DNA of 64,000 nucleotides from the human T2T-CHM13v2.0 reference genome, Homo sapiens: NCBI RefSeq assembly GCF_009914755.1, contig NC_060935.1; one strand, 5' to 3'. Shown piece by piece: positions 38,361 to 52,800 of this stretch (position 1 is its first letter; each line of letters starts with the position of its first letter). The notes under the pieces were generated by a model. It saw only the letters and a program-made list of their open reading frames with translations, ran no database searches and was not told where the DNA came from. The position numbers and the translations under genes were made by a program.

Positions 38361-38846
38361 TCACTTATTTGTATTTTCAACTCCTTTCAGTGTTTTATAG
38401 TTTTCAATGCACAGGTCTTTAACTCCTTGGTTAAATGTATTTCTACATTTTATTTTTTCGTAGCTATCATGAATGGAATTGTTGTCTTATTTTCAGATAT
38501 TTCATTGTTTGTGTATAGAAACACTGTTGATTTTTATGTGTTGATTTTTATTTATGACTTTTCTAAATTTATTAGTTCCAACAGTTTTTTGTGTGTAGAA
38601 TATTTAGTTTTCTGTACGCAAGATTATTTCATCTGTAAACAGGGACAGTTTAACTTCTTTCTGATTTGGATATCTTATTTTTTTCTCTTGCCTAATTGCT
38701 CTAAGACTTCAGCACTATGTTGAATACAATTGGTGACAGTGGGAATCCTTGTCTTGTTTCCAGTCTTAGAGGAAAATCTTTCAACTTTTGAGAGTGTTGT
38801 TAGCTATGAGTTTATCATATACAATCTTTATTGTGTTAAGGTACAA

Positions 38847-39148
38847 TTTTTTTTTTTTTTAAATATAGGCTCTTACTCTGTCACCAGGCTGGAGTGCAGT
38901 GGTATGATCATGGCTCACTGCAGCCTCAACCTTCCAGAGCCCAAGTGACCCTCCCACCTTCAGCCTCCTGAGTAGTTGGGACTACAGGCATGTGCCACCA
39001 TGCCCAGCTATTTTTTGTATTTGTAGTAGAGATGGGGTTTCACCATGTTGCCAGGCTTGTCTCCAACCCCCGGGCTCAAGTGATCCACCCTCCTCGGCCT
39101 TTCAAAGTGCTGGGATTACAGCCATGAGCCACGCCACTGTACCTGGCT
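38847..39148 (-). mobile_element. AluJ
   Basis: GATCATGGCTCACTGCAGCCTCAACC, GGGCTCAAGTGATCC; TSD-like AGGTACAA. Confidence 0.88.
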
Positions 39149-42100
39149 GAGGTACAACATTTTATACTTAATTTGTTGATAGTTTTTTTTAAGTCACTAA
39201 AGGATGTTGCATTTTGTCAGTTTTTTCTGCATCTAATGAGGTAATCATATGATTTGTCCTTTATACTGTTAACATTGTGTATCACATTTATAAACTTGCA
39301 TATACTGAACCATCCTCACATCATTGGGATAAATCCCACTTGATCATGGTTAAATGATTCTTTAATGTGCTGTTGAATTTTGTGCTAGTATTTTGTTGAG
39401 GATTTTTGCATCTATATTCAGAAATAAATTGGTCTATAATTTTCATTTCTTCTCTCTTGTCTGGATTTGGCATCAGGGAAATGCTGCTCTTGTAAAATGA
39501 GTTTGGAAGTAGTTCTTGTTCGATTTTTTGAAGTGTGACAAGGATTGGTATTAGTTCCTTAAATGGTAGGATTGCACAATGAAGCCATCAGCTCTTGAGT
39601 TTCTTTGGTGGAAGATTTTTAATTATTGATTCATTACTTATTCATCTGCTCATATTTTAAATTTCATCATGATTTAGTTTTTGTAGGTTATAAGTTTAGG
39701 AATCTAAACATATAACCTTCTAAGTTATCCAATTTGTTGGCATATAATTATTCATAGTGGTCTTTAGTGATCCTTCATATTTATAGGTATCAGTTACAAT
39801 GTTTTCCGTTTCTGATTTTGAGCATTCTTTCTTAGGTTTGTAGAGATTTCTCAGACTTTCTAAAGTTTTATATTGTTTATCTTTAAGAAAACAACCCAGT
39901 TTAATTTATATTTTCTATTGTTTTTCTAGTCTCATTTCTGCTCATGCCTTTTTTTCCCCTCATACTTATTTGGGGCTTAGTTTCTTCTTTTTCTATTTTC
40001 TTGAGGTGTAACATTTAGGCCATTTGTTTGGGATCTTTGATGTTGGCGCTTGTTGCTGTAACTTCCTTCTTAGATTGCTTCGCTACATCCCATAAGTTTT
40101 GGTGTGTTGTGCTTCCATTTTTATCTCAATCTTTCATTTCCCCTCTAATTTATTTGACCCTTTGATTATTCAGGAAAATGTTTAAGTTTCCATATATTGG
40201 TAAGTTTTCAAAAGTTCTTCCAGTTATTGATTTTTAGTTTCATACTATTGTGGTCTAAAAAGAGACTTGATACGATTTTGATTTTTTAAAATTTGTTAAG
40301 CCTTGTTTTGTGGATTAACATGGTCCATCCTAGAGAATGTTTTTTTGTGTACTTGAGAATATGTATGTTGCTATTCTTGGATTAAATGTTCTGCATATGG
40401 TTATCAGGTTCATTTGGTCTAGAGTGTTTTTAGTCAGTTTTCTTATGAATGTTCTCTCTAGATTATTTGTACATTGCTGAAAGTGGGGTATTGACGTCCC
40501 CTAGTAATTGTATTATACATTCTTTGTCTATTAATATTACCTTTATATATTCAGGTGGCCTGATGTTGGGTACACATATATACTTACAATTGTTATATCT
40601 TCTTGATAAATTTACCCCTTTATCAACATATATTATCATTTTACAGTTTTTGACTTAAATTCTATTTTATCTAAGTATATCTACCCCTGCTCTATTTTTG
40701 GTTCCCATTTGCATGGAATATATTTTACCATCTTTACTGTTGGTGTGTGTGTTTTTACAGGTGAAGTGAGTCTCAGGCAGCATACAGTTGAGTCTTTTTT
40801 AATCTATTAAGCCACTCTGTCTTTTGATTAGACAATTTAATTCATTTACATTCAAGGTAATTATTGATAAGTAAGGCCTTACTATTGCCATTTTGCTAAT
40901 TGTTTCCTGTTTTTTTAGGGCCTTCGGTTTCTATCTTATCTTCCTTTGTGAAAATTTTTTGTAGTGGTATATTTTGATTCTTTACTTTTTATCTTTTGTG
41001 TATTTACTATAAGTTTTTGCTTTGACATTTACAGGAAGCCTACAGAAAACATTGTAATAGGCTATTTTAAGCTGATAACTTTGATTAAACATTTCTATGC
41101 TTTACTCAACCTCACCCACATTTTATGTTTCTGATGTCACAATTTACATCTTTTATATTGTCTGTCCCTTAACGATTAGTGTAGCTATTTTCAGTTTTGT
41201 CTTTTAACCTTCATATTAAAGATGGAAGTAACTTACATATTACTATATTATCACCATTAAAGTATCAGAGTATTCTGAATCTGAGCATGTACTTTAAAAA
41301 AAAAAAAAAAACACACCAGTGAGTTTTATACTGTCCGCTATTTTCATGTTACAATTTAGCTCCCTTTTCTTTCAGCTTGAATTTTTCCTTTAGCATTTCT
41401 TGTAAAACAGGTCAGGTGTTGATGCATTCCCTCATCTCCTGGCTGTCTGAGAAAGTCTGTCTCTCTTCATTTCCAAAGGACACCTTGCTGGGTAAATGCT
41501 ACTTCATTAGCCTTTTTTCCCTTCAGCCCTTTGAGTATGTTGTCTGGCCTATAATGTTTCTGTTGAGAAATCCACTATCAGACTTATAGAACTCCCCGAT
41601 AGGTGACTTTTCTCTTGCTGTTTTCAGGATATTCTCCTTGTCTTTGATTATGGTATGCCTTGATGTCTTGTTTAGATTGAATCTTATTTAAAACCTTTTA
41701 CCTTCTTGTACCTGGATATTTATATATTTTCCCAGATTGGAAAGTTTTTACCTATTTTTTAAATTAAGCTTTGTCCTTTTCTCCTCTTGTTCTGCCTAAA
41801 CTCCTATAATTCAAGAATTAGCTCTCTTGATATTGTCTCATAAATTCCATAGGCTTTTTACCTTTTTCTCCTTTGTTCTCAAATTTTCGTCTGCTTGATC
41901 ACTTCTGCTGTTGATTCTATTTGATGTTTTTTCATTTTTATTGTATTGCTTAGCTCCGGAATTTTAAAAATTTCATCTGTTACATTTGTCTTCCTAGTTT
42001 TTTTTGAATTATTACTCTATTTTCTTGAGTCTAAGATATTTTAAAACAATTATTTTGAATTCTTTATCAAGTAGTTCATAGATATCCATTTTTGGGGGTC

Positions 42101-44645
42101 AGCTGCTAGGAAATCATGTTCTTTTTATGGTGATGGCTTTGCTTTTCAAGTTTCTGTCTTACATTGTCTTTTCATTTGGTGGAGTAGTCATCTCTTCCAG
42201 ACTTTATAGACTGGTTTTGGTGGGGAAAGACTTTCCCCTAAAAGGAGGGGTGAAGGCACTGGCTGGGTGTGGGTCAGTGGTTTTGGCACTGAAGATGGCA
42301 TGTCGGTATAGTCTCCATGCAGCTCTGTCTGCTGAGATCATGTTAACTAAAATTTCAGGGATCCTCAGTGGCCAACCCTGTGGATGTCTGCAGAAGCAGT
42401 GAGGGCTGTTGGCGTGTCTTTTGTGGCAGTGACTGCTGGAGTCCTTCAAATCCTTTTCTCCCCTCAGGGAAGTTATTGCTGAGGGGATCCCTCTTAGCGT
42501 GGGGTACAACTTGCAGGCCTGCTTGAGTTGGCAATGGCACCCATGTCTGGTGAGTAGTGCTCATGGAGGCCTGAAGTGTGGCATGCATAGAAGGACTATA
42601 GCTTTGGGCCTGGGGTGGTAATGGCACCAGGACCTGGGGTTCAGGCACTTATATGGTTAAATTGGTAATGATATGTGAAGTGTGGGTGCTTGTGAAGCAG
42701 CCATGGATGGCAGCACAGTTGTACGTAAAGCTACAATGGATCTGGGGTCTAGCTCTCTATGGGTACATGCCGAGACCTTAGCTCTGGGTGCAAATTGCTC
42801 TGGTGTCTGAGGCATGGGCCTACATTGTGCAGCCTTAGATCTAGGACTGGAACACAGGCTAGCTACTTCTTAGTGGTAGCTGAGCTGGTGTCTCAAGTGT
42901 TGGCATGCAGAGAGACTTTGGCTTCAGGGTATGGGTGTGAATTAGCTTGCTGTGGTGATGGATCTGGTGTCAGAGGCATGGGTAGGCACAATGCAGCCAC
43001 AGAGCCAGGATCTGGAATGTGGGCACTTGCAGAGTGGCCATGGCTTGGGACCCTGGGGCACATGCAGTATTGGGAGAAGTGGTAGCTCTAGTCCTGGAGT
43101 GGCACAATGGCAGCTGTTTTTTTGGTGTGTGTACAGCTGTGTCTCCCTCTCTGGGGCTCTCCAGTATGAATGGTCATTGATTGCCTAAGTTGAAGAAGAT
43201 GCTGGTTTCTTTTTCAGAGCAGACCACACTGGAAACCAGTGGTTCCTGCCCCATGGCTGATACAATCACCCCTGTCTTCTTTGTAGCCACCTCAGGTATG
43301 CCCTTCTCATCAGTGAACCTTTGTGTGGATATTCTCTACTTTTGCTCCACTGTGTTGCTGCAGATTCTTAAATTGGCTCTTGAGGCCCCCCAGGGCTATT
43401 TTGATTTGTGGATAGCTCTCTATTTGTTGTGTGGGTAGGTATATGTGGGGAAATGAAGGCTGGCATCTTCTACTCTGCCTGTTATCTTCTAGTCTGCCAT
43501 TGTGATGACATCCAGTATTATTTTAAGATGTCAATATTTACTATAATCCAGGAATTCTATTAAAATTATTTAATCTGATAAAAATTGTAGTTATAAACTC
43601 AAAATGGTTTTAAAAACTATACATCTCTTCATGCACTTAAGGAGTTCATGGCAAATGTTGGAGGATCTCTCTAAAGAACATGTTCAGCCCTGGTGTTTGA
43701 TCTGAAACTTCCAGAATGGGAAAGATTTAGATGATCCCATTATCAGTCTACAAATATTTTTAAAAACTCTTCACCCCCACTTTAGGACTTTAGTGTTTTC
43801 AGTTTCAGTCCTTCTTGAAGTTAAGCAGTAACTGAGGATCTAATATTGTATGCAAAACAGTGAAAATATTTGATTGTTAATAATTGCCAAGTCCGTTGCC
43901 AAGCATTTGGCTTGGGCTGTTGGTAGAACGATAGCTATCTATGGCTCTAAGATTTTTTTTTCCTGAAGCCTCAAGACAGAAACATCCTAATTGTATCAAG
44001 ATATAAACTCCATGGATGATATACAATTTAACTGTCTTATCCATTCAAACTTCAGTCATTCAAATATTTATTAGGCCTTAAATTTATGAGGCTTAAATAT
44101 ATCAAAGATGGAATTCTTGTGCTCAAGGATTACAGGATGAGAGCAACAGGACAGGAGACCAAGTGTGAAGGACCAGCACCAAGTATCTTCATTGTCTCCT
44201 CTCTCCAAACCCAATTCTTAACAGCCCAGTGCTGCCAGAATTCCCATCTCATACGCTTAGTTATGGCCTGATTTTATGATGACTAATTCAGAGTTTTCTG
44301 AGGACTTAGTCGGAAGTCTAACTGCAGTCTATTTGGTGACTGATGTCTTGCTGCTTCTAGTCTCCTGACTCTAGCCGACCTATGTTTCTAAGCTTTTGCT
44401 ATTCCCAGCAGTATCACCCACAGAAAAGGGAGTGTGTAGATACAAGAATCTGAAGATGACATCTGTATCCATCATGATCAGAAAGCACCCAGGTTAGTAT
44501 CTGACCAAAGGAAAAAAGTTCAGTAACTGCTGTCATTGACACTAAATCCCTAAATTTTCTGAATGGCATGTTACTGTTTCCCTCTAGTTCTAGCTTGTAA
44601 CCTCAGGTATAGACAGTGCTCCAATGCCATAGATCCTCTCCCCAG

Positions 44646-45101
44646 TGTACAACAGTTTTCTGGGTGGCCTTGGACTGACCTGGTTCTCCCCTTGTTTTTA
44701 GTTCTACGGAATTATAGAATGTGCAGGGAATACAACATCCTGAGATACGAAAGAACTGGATGGAACAGACTGGCTCTGGCTTTAGTTCTCCCTAGAAACA
44801 GGATGTCTTTCAATGTTTTAGCCCAGGGTGTCATGTTGCCTCAGGAAGAAAACCCAGAAGGTGCTGCTTTCTAGGGTCCCTCAGGTGTGGTTCAAATGTG
44901 ACACACACCCTGATGAAACTCAACCTATCCTGGTCAGCTTTCCTGAGCCTTGGGGGACCAGCTTGACATGAATTCTAGGCCTCTATTGCCCTTTGCTGCC
45001 TACCTGTAAATAATAAATCTGCTTCATGTAAATTGTGTGAGTGTTCTGTCTCATAAGCCTCTGACAAGTTGGTAACCATTGCATGGTGAAACAACTTCAC
45101 A
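44646..45101 (+). mobile_element. ERVL-type solo LTR (LTR47-like)
   Basis: TG...CA termini, 5-bp TSD CCCAG/TCCAG, AATAAA near the 3' end. Confidence 0.65.
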
Positions 45102-46200
45102 TCCAGAGCCTTGTGCTGTAATACCCCTAAGGTTCTACATATTAACTTTTAACCTCTATTTTAGGTCATAACTTTTGTTCTGGTCCCAGAGTAAAACATT
45201 TCTATATGCCTTGTTCTTTCCTATACTTTCCTTGATATGCCAGACATCAGATGTAATGGTAATTGAGCTGAGGCGTTTCAAGTAGAAATAAGGCTTCCCA
45301 AATAAGAAGCAACACAAGGTGTGGGGTCAAACTGGAACAAAGTCTAAGAATGCAGGAGTATAGGATTGTAGGTAAGGGTGGGCTTTACTTGAACAAACAT
45401 TCTCTTTAGAAATGGCCTGGCAGCTTTTGCCCATTCAGTATGATGTTGACTGTTGGTTTGTCATATATGGCTCTATTTTGAGGTGTGCACCTTCAGTACT
45501 TAGAGTTTAACATGAAGGGATGTTAAATTTTATCAAAAGCCTTTTCTGCATCTATTGGGATAATCATGTGGTTTTTGTCTTTAGTTTTGTTTATGTGATG
45601 AATCACATACTGAATGGGCAAAAGCTGGAAGCATTACCCTTGAAAACTGGCACAAGACAAGGATGCCTTCTTTCACCATGCCTATTCAACATAGAAGTTC
45701 TGGCCAGAGCAATCAGGCAAGAGAAAGAAAAAAAAGGGCATACAAATAGGAATAGAGAAAGCCAAACTATCCCTGTTTGCAGATGACATGATTCTATATC
45801 TAGAGAACCCCATTGTCTCAATCCCAAAGCTTATTAAGCTGATAAGCAACTTCAATCAAAGTCTCAGGATACAAAAGAAGTGTGCAAAAATGCTAGCATT
45901 CCTATAAACCAGTCAAGCCAGGGGCCAAATCGTGAACTCACTCCCATTCACAATTGCCACAAACAAGGATAAAATGCCTAGGAATACAGCTAAGAAGGGA
46001 AATGAAAGATCTCTACAAGGAAAACTCCAAACCACTGCTTAAAGTAATCAGAGATGACACAAATGGAAAAACAATTCCATGCTTAGGGATAGGAAGAATC
46101 AATACTGTGAAAATGGCCATACTACCCAAAGCAATTTATATATTCAATGCTATTCCCATTAAACTACCATTGGCATTCTTCACAGAAGTAGAAAAAACTA

Positions 46201-46280
46201 TTAGATTGGTGAAAAAGTAACTGTGGTTTTTGCAAATATTTTCAATAGCAAAAACCGTAACTACTTTCGCACCAACCTAA
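46201..46280. mobile_element. MADE1 (Hsmar1-derived MITE)
   Basis: 80-bp palindrome TTAGATTGGTGAAAAAGTAA...TACTTTCGCACCAACCTAA flanked by TA TSDs. Confidence 0.92.
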
Positions 46281-46610
46281 TATTTTAAAATTTATGTGGA
46301 ACCAAATAAGAGCCCAAATAGCCAAGGCAATACTCAGCAAAAACAAAGCTGCAGGCATTATGCTACCCAACTTCAAACTATACTACAGGGCTACAGTAAT
46401 CAAAACAGCATGTTACTGGTACAAAAACAGACACATAGAGCAATGAAACAGGATAGAGAACTCAGAAATAAGACTGCACACCTACAATGATCTGATCTCC
46501 AACAAACCTGACAAAAACAAGCAATGAAGAAAGGATTTAATAAGTGGTGCTGGGAGAACAAGTTGAAACTGGATTCCTTCTTTATGCCTTATACAAAAAT
46601 TAACTCAAGA

Positions 46611-46854
46611 TGGGAATTGAACAATGAGAACACTTGGACACAGGAAGGGGAACATCACACACCAGGGTCTGTTGTGGGGTGGGGGGAGAGGGGAGGGATA
46701 GCATTAGGAGATATACCTAATGTAAATGACGAGTTAATGGGTGCAGCACACCAATATGGCACATGTATACATATGTAACAAACCTGCACGTTGTGCACAT
46801 GTACCCTAGAACTTAAAGTACAATAAAAAAATATTTAAAAAAACAAAAAAAAAA
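46611..46854 (+). mobile_element. Young L1PA (about L1PA3-5) 3' end nested in the older L1
   Basis: GGGAATTGAACAATGAGAACACTTGGACACAGGAAGGGGAACATCACAC...GATATACCTAATGTAAATGACGAGTTAATGGGTGCAGCAC...poly(A). Confidence 0.9.
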
Positions 46855-49800
46855 CCCAAAACTATAAAAACCCTGGAATATAACCAATGCAATACCATTC
46901 AGGACATAGGCATGGGCAAAGATTTCATGATAAAGATGCCAAAAGCAATTCCAGCAAAGCAAAAGTTGATAAATGGGACCTAATTAAACTAAAGATCTTC
47001 TGCACAGCAAAAGAAACTATCAGAGTAAACAGACAACCTACAGAGTGGGAGAAAGTTTTTGCAAACTATGCATCTGACAAAGGTCTAATAGCCAGCATCT
47101 ATAAGGAACTTAAGTTTACAAGAAAAAAAAAAATCAAGAAGTGGGCAAAAGACATGAACAGACACTTCTCAAAAGAAGGTATATGTGGCCAATAAACATA
47201 TGAAAACAAGCTCAATGTCACTGATCACTAGAGAAATGCAAATTAAAACCACAATGAGATACCATGGCAGTCAGATAGCTATTATTAAAAAGTCAAGAAA
47301 TAACAGATGCTGGCAAGTTTGCGGAGAAAAAGGGAACACTTATACACTGTTGATGGGAGTATAAATTGGTTCAACCATTGTGGAAGACAGAGTGGCGATT
47401 CCTCAAAGACCTAGAGACAGAAATATCATTCAACCCAGCAACCTCATTACTAAGTGTATACCCAAAGGATTATAAATCATTCTGTTACAAAGACACACGT
47501 ATGCATATGTTTACTGCATCACTATTCACAATAGCAAAGACATGGAATCAACCTAAATGCCCATCAATGATAGACTGGATAAAGAAAATGTGGTACATAT
47601 ATACCATGGAATACTCTGCAGCCATAAAAAAGAAAAAAAGTCATGTGCTTTGCAAGGACATGGATAGAGCTGGAGGCCATTATCCTTAGCAAATTAATGC
47701 AGAACAAAAAGCCAAATACTGTATGTTCCCACTTATAAGTGGGAGTTAAATGATGAGAACACATGGACACATAGAGGAGAATACCACATACTGGGGCCTA
47801 CCAGAGGGTAGGAGGAAGGAGAGATCAGGAAAAATGATACCAGGCTTAATGAAATAGTCTGTACAACAAAGCACCATGACACACGTTTACTTATGTAACA
47901 AACCTGCACATCTTCCACATGTACCCATGAACTTAAAAGTTAAATAGCCTCTTACTTCCTTTTAAACAGGATAGAATTCTCGGTCCAGTTTTTCCTGCAG
48001 AAATATCAACTTAAAAGAAAACATGAGAAGATCACCTTTGTTTTAGGGTTTATGGTATCTTACCCCTCTCTCCAACTCCTCTGGTCATGAAAGAATGCCA
48101 TGCATGAGAGCGTTTAGCTCTTGTTCCTGAAAATATTCTCCTTGATTGTTTGCTTTGTCATGGGAAGTTGGCAACTTGACATAAACTTGTTTCTGATTCT
48201 CACTCCTCACCATTGTTCAAAGCTAAGGGCACCTAAATAAAGAGCATGATTGACTAATTTGGCTGATTACCAAAGTAATTAGGTTCATAAGAGTGGAAAA
48301 GGGAAGCAGCAGTCTCAGTCCGCAACATCTGCCCATGCAATTATGCTTTAGAGACTGTGGATGTTGCCATGCCTGAACACATCTGAGCAGCAGGAGATAG
48401 GTAAAATTAGGAGTGAGGAGACTTAAGTGCAGCAGAGGCTCCAGTGTAGAAAGATGAGGGGAATGCATAGTCTATAATGAGGCTATCTAAAAATGGTTTA
48501 TTCTCAAGTGGTAGCTCAACAATGAGGCAATTTCTCTGGTTCTTCAGCTCTTCAAGAGAATAATCATAAAAGATTTATAAACAATCCCATTTCTATGGAA
48601 CACTGAATCCGAGAGGAGAAAGCAGCCTTTAGAAGCAAGCTATCTTAGCACTGTGGGTGGATGTCATTCTTACTGTCAAAATGATCGGGCAAGATAACAT
48701 AAGAAATCATTAAAGTGAGAAAGTGAATTTATGCCTCCACTAAAAAGTTTTATAGAGTAATGCTGACTATAGATTTTCCTTCCTGCCTTTGATTGGTAGG
48801 AGTAGGTATGTAGAGAAGTCTGATGTATCAAGCTTCTTAGGATTGATTAAAGCGGCAGAAATACTATGAATGATATGAAATATAAGGTTTATTATACGTA
48901 TGAGACCTTAGGTCAACAGGGCTAACAGTCAGGAAGAAAACCTGGATGTGAATTGACAGAAGGTAAGAATTAAACAGCAGCCAGGATGGACTGGAATATA
49001 CAAGGACAGCCTAGAGTCTGTTTCTGTCCTTCATTATTTCAAACCTTGACAATGCAGGGGATTTTCAAAAGGAGCTGGTACCATTTACCATAGAGCTGCA
49101 CAACGTACCTAGTCTAGCACTTGGAGAAACAGAAGAAAGGGATTTAAATAGGAGATGATGCCCCAAACCAATGAGGTGAACCTGCAATCAATGACAAGCA
49201 GCATGAGCTGCAGCAGTACCAGATGCTCTATGCTGCCCTTCAGAGAATGGTTGCTGCTTTATTTCTGCCTTCTGGCATCACAAAACTATATTTTGTGGCC
49301 AGCCTAGCCAGGAACCACTGAGGGAAGGGAAGTCTGGGTAGCGTCGTTCCAGCTTGGTCAAGATGACATAGTACAAAGTCCCTATGGCATTAAACACATC
49401 TGAGAAGTCTCAGCTAAATGGAGAATAACAGTGGCTCCTCTAAGTAAAGGTCCATCAGCCCACCTATTTTCTCTATCATATATCTAATTATCTTTCTAAT
49501 TTAGCTATTCCAAAGGGTGAAATTTATTCCCTTTCCCTCATACTTGTATCCCTTGAAAGGTTATGTATCTATTAAACACATTCATCTTTATCCAACTTGT
49601 TTCACCAATGAGGACTGAGACAGGAAGTAATATTCTTACAGGAAGATGCTCGTTCCAACTCATCATTGCTAGTAATATAATTGGACACTTGGGCTAATGT
49701 CGATTTGTTCCATGTGAACTTACTTTCTCTAGTTGCTGAAGACAAAAGTAGTCAACCATATTTCCTGAAAGAGATTAGTCTATTTTAAAACACTGAAGAC

Positions 49801-52800
49801 ATAATACTGGTTTGTGTCGGTCAGGCAGTATTTCCAGAAGGTCATATCCCTCAGATTTAGGCTTTTATTCTCAGATTTTCTGCAGAGGCATTTCTCAGGG
49901 CCAATACCTGAACTTCTAGAGTACAGCCAGAGAAGGCCCTGACAGCCAGGGCCTCTTACTAAGCCTCTCTAGCAGGACAGAGGCTACTCTGCCATGAATA
50001 TAACTTTGAAGTTTGCAAATGATAGGAAGGAAAAAATGTTTCTCCAAAAGCCTCCATTCTGACTGACCAAGTATTCAGGAATGGCAGGACAGTGCATAAT
50101 TTATGAAGAATGGTCACATTAAACTATGGAGACAAAGACGAAGATCCCAAATAATTCCCTAGGGAATTATTTTCATTTCTTCTGTGACCACTTCTACTCT
50201 GTCTGCAAATTCTGGACTCACCATTTACCTCAGGGAGATGTCAAATCAGGTCAGAGAACAAATACATCCAATTCTTTTCAGTTCAAAAGGCTTGATCACA
50301 AAATACAGAAAAGAGTTCTATAAGGATCTAAAGTGGTAGAATAGGTTTTTCTTCCTGGCTTCAGATTAGGTTAAGCACAAAAGATCCTCTGGTGCCTGGC
50401 AGTAGAGGAGACATTCGTTGGGATCAGCACACCCCCAACACCCTCAAGCTGAGGCTCCCAAGACTCCCAGTGCTGTGGGGTGAATTCTGAGTGCTCCTGG
50501 GACACAGCGAGATGAGGAACTTGGCTAAGAGCAAGAATGATCATACTGGCTAGTTTGCACAGAGTCCTGCAGTCAGGATGAAGGATGGGTTCCAGACAGA
50601 TGTGGACCAGCTGGTCTCTTCCAGGATCCTATGACTGATTTCAGTGGATCAACAATACCAGAAAATCCAGGAGGGTCAGTGCCCACAGGTCATGATGTGA
50701 GGCAGCACCATATGTTACAGAACAAGACACATCTGGCTTGAAGGCCAGACAAGGAACAGCAAGCAGAAGGCATTCCTCTTTCATGTGACTTCCATTGTGA
50801 CAATTCTGTAAAAGGCCATTTCATCCTCTACTGCAGTTTTAAATCTAACACATGAAGGTGATAGAAAAACTCCTGGGGGTGTTTTGAAAATTGTATCAGA
50901 ATGAATTATGAACTGGAATCAACTAAGATCAATGTTAATTGGATTTGGTAGAATGTGGCTGTTGTCTATGACTCATTTTATGTTTATTCAAAGACCCATT
51001 CTGGCTGATGTAGAAAAAGCTGAAAGCAATTATAGTTTTACATAACTGGATCTGTGACTAAGTTTTATGCTTGTTATACAAGGAATTATCTAGAGGTATT
51101 TTGTTTTTTACCAACACAGAGCTGATTAGGTGGGTGTAACTCTAGTTGAAAAACCTCAGAGGTACATGAGCGGGTGCCGGGCAGTCAAGGGGAGCAGAGA
51201 AAAGCTGGCTCTGTTTATACAACTTTCTGCAGAGAAGCAAATGGAGGGAGCTTTCTAAAGCCAAAACCAGTACATTCATAAGTCATTATGAGAACATTCT
51301 CTGGCCTTTCCTGGAATTTGTTCCAGTTACTCTTCTCACATTATCACCACCTCCAACCCCCCAGAGCCTTTTAGTGTATGGTAAGTATTAAGAGGCATGT
51401 TTTTATTCTTTGTGTGCCAGGCACTAGAGAAGCATTTTACATTATCACATCCTTATAAAATATCTGTAAGGGGCTGCCATTAGTTTCATTTCAAGAGGAA
51501 ACTGAGGTTTACATTATACAACATGTCTGGTCTGACAGATACTGTTTCAGATCCATCTCTGTCTGATTTCAGAGCAGAGGTTCTTAGCCACCTGTTAAGA
51601 ACATAAAATCACAATAATGCCTCCTCTCTCAAGTGTCTCCCAATCTTTGCTTTTTTCCGTGAAGACCTGCAGACTCAAAAGGGGTTGACGGTAGTGTATT
51701 TTATTTCCACTTTAAGTCTTAGTGATGGGAAAGAAACATTTGTGTGACAGGGAAATGTGACATTGGCTTTGAATAAGAGATTCAATTGTTGGACTTATTT
51801 GTCTCATTTTTATAATATGCATTCTCCAGTGTATGTTCCCTTCCATCCTGTTTGGAGATAACCCCTTCACCAGGAAGTGGCCTACCCATGACTACTGCTG
51901 ACAGTGGGACTAAATGCTGTAATGTACTTCAGGTCATACCCCAAGTATGATAGAACTTGTCATGAGTGTTTGTCCCTGGATAGACTAGTAGCATACATAC
52001 AAGTGATATTTTCTTTATCTGCTATCATTCAACACCATGTGAAGACACTGGAAATGATTGGTATTTGGTCCTGGTCTGTGATAGACCCAGCAGATGATCC
52101 AGGGAAAAATACTTTGATATGGGTTTTCTAAGGTTATTCTTTCAGGAAGTTTTTAGTATAATACTAATCCTACTAGTTTTAATTAAGGGCAGGTTTTAAG
52201 AGCCCCGCACTATATGCACACTCTGCTTTACATGGTATAAAAAGATTTTAGGCATTATGCCAAAGAGATCTCCTGTGACAAAAGGTCCTGGTCACTTTCC
52301 TCAGCACTGGTGCTACTGTTGGACTTGAGTATCATCTTCTCCAATGCCTGGACTTACGATTAGGAGATCATCTGTAAAATAAGTTTCGGCCCAGACTTCT
52401 ATTTGGAGTTGAGGAAAAGATACTAATCAGTAGATTACATTTGGCACTAAAATTATGTTCACAGAAGCCTATCTTCTCTCAATAGTTAGATTCAGACATT
52501 GGACTGCAGAGACCCTGATAAAGATGGAGGAATGACCACCTCTTATTGTCAAGACGATAGAGAAAATTAAATAAAATGTGACTCAACTTGATCCTGGAGT
52601 TAGGCATAGATTGAGGACATAGAAATTTATTAATAGTCAGGGGCTCAGGGGTTTAGGCTAAACTTTAGAAAAGAGCTCATGCAATTACAGTTTCCTACAT
52701 TTTTGGCGGGGGCAGGGGTGGGGGTCGTGGGAGTGATATGAAGTTTATATGCTAGCTCTGGTTTGATTACTGGCTTCTTTAGAATTTTGTCTTTAAAAAT

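Larger units (their letters stand above)
45421..47941 (+). mobile_element. 5'-inverted (twin-primed) L1PA, ORF2 3' part and 3' UTR
   Basis: 45421-45608 antisense, then sense ORF2 ([39 protein letters not shown]); TSD-like AAATGGCCT (45410) and AAATAGCCT (47942). Confidence 0.88.

Noticed and set aside
48820-49380. Very old LTR-like sequence
   Set aside because: Some motifs resemble ancient ERVL/Gypsy LTRs, but boundaries and family cannot be supported by eye.
50340-50780. GC-richer unique stretch, possible exon or pseudogene
   Set aside because: No recognisable protein motif or sustained ORF on either strand.
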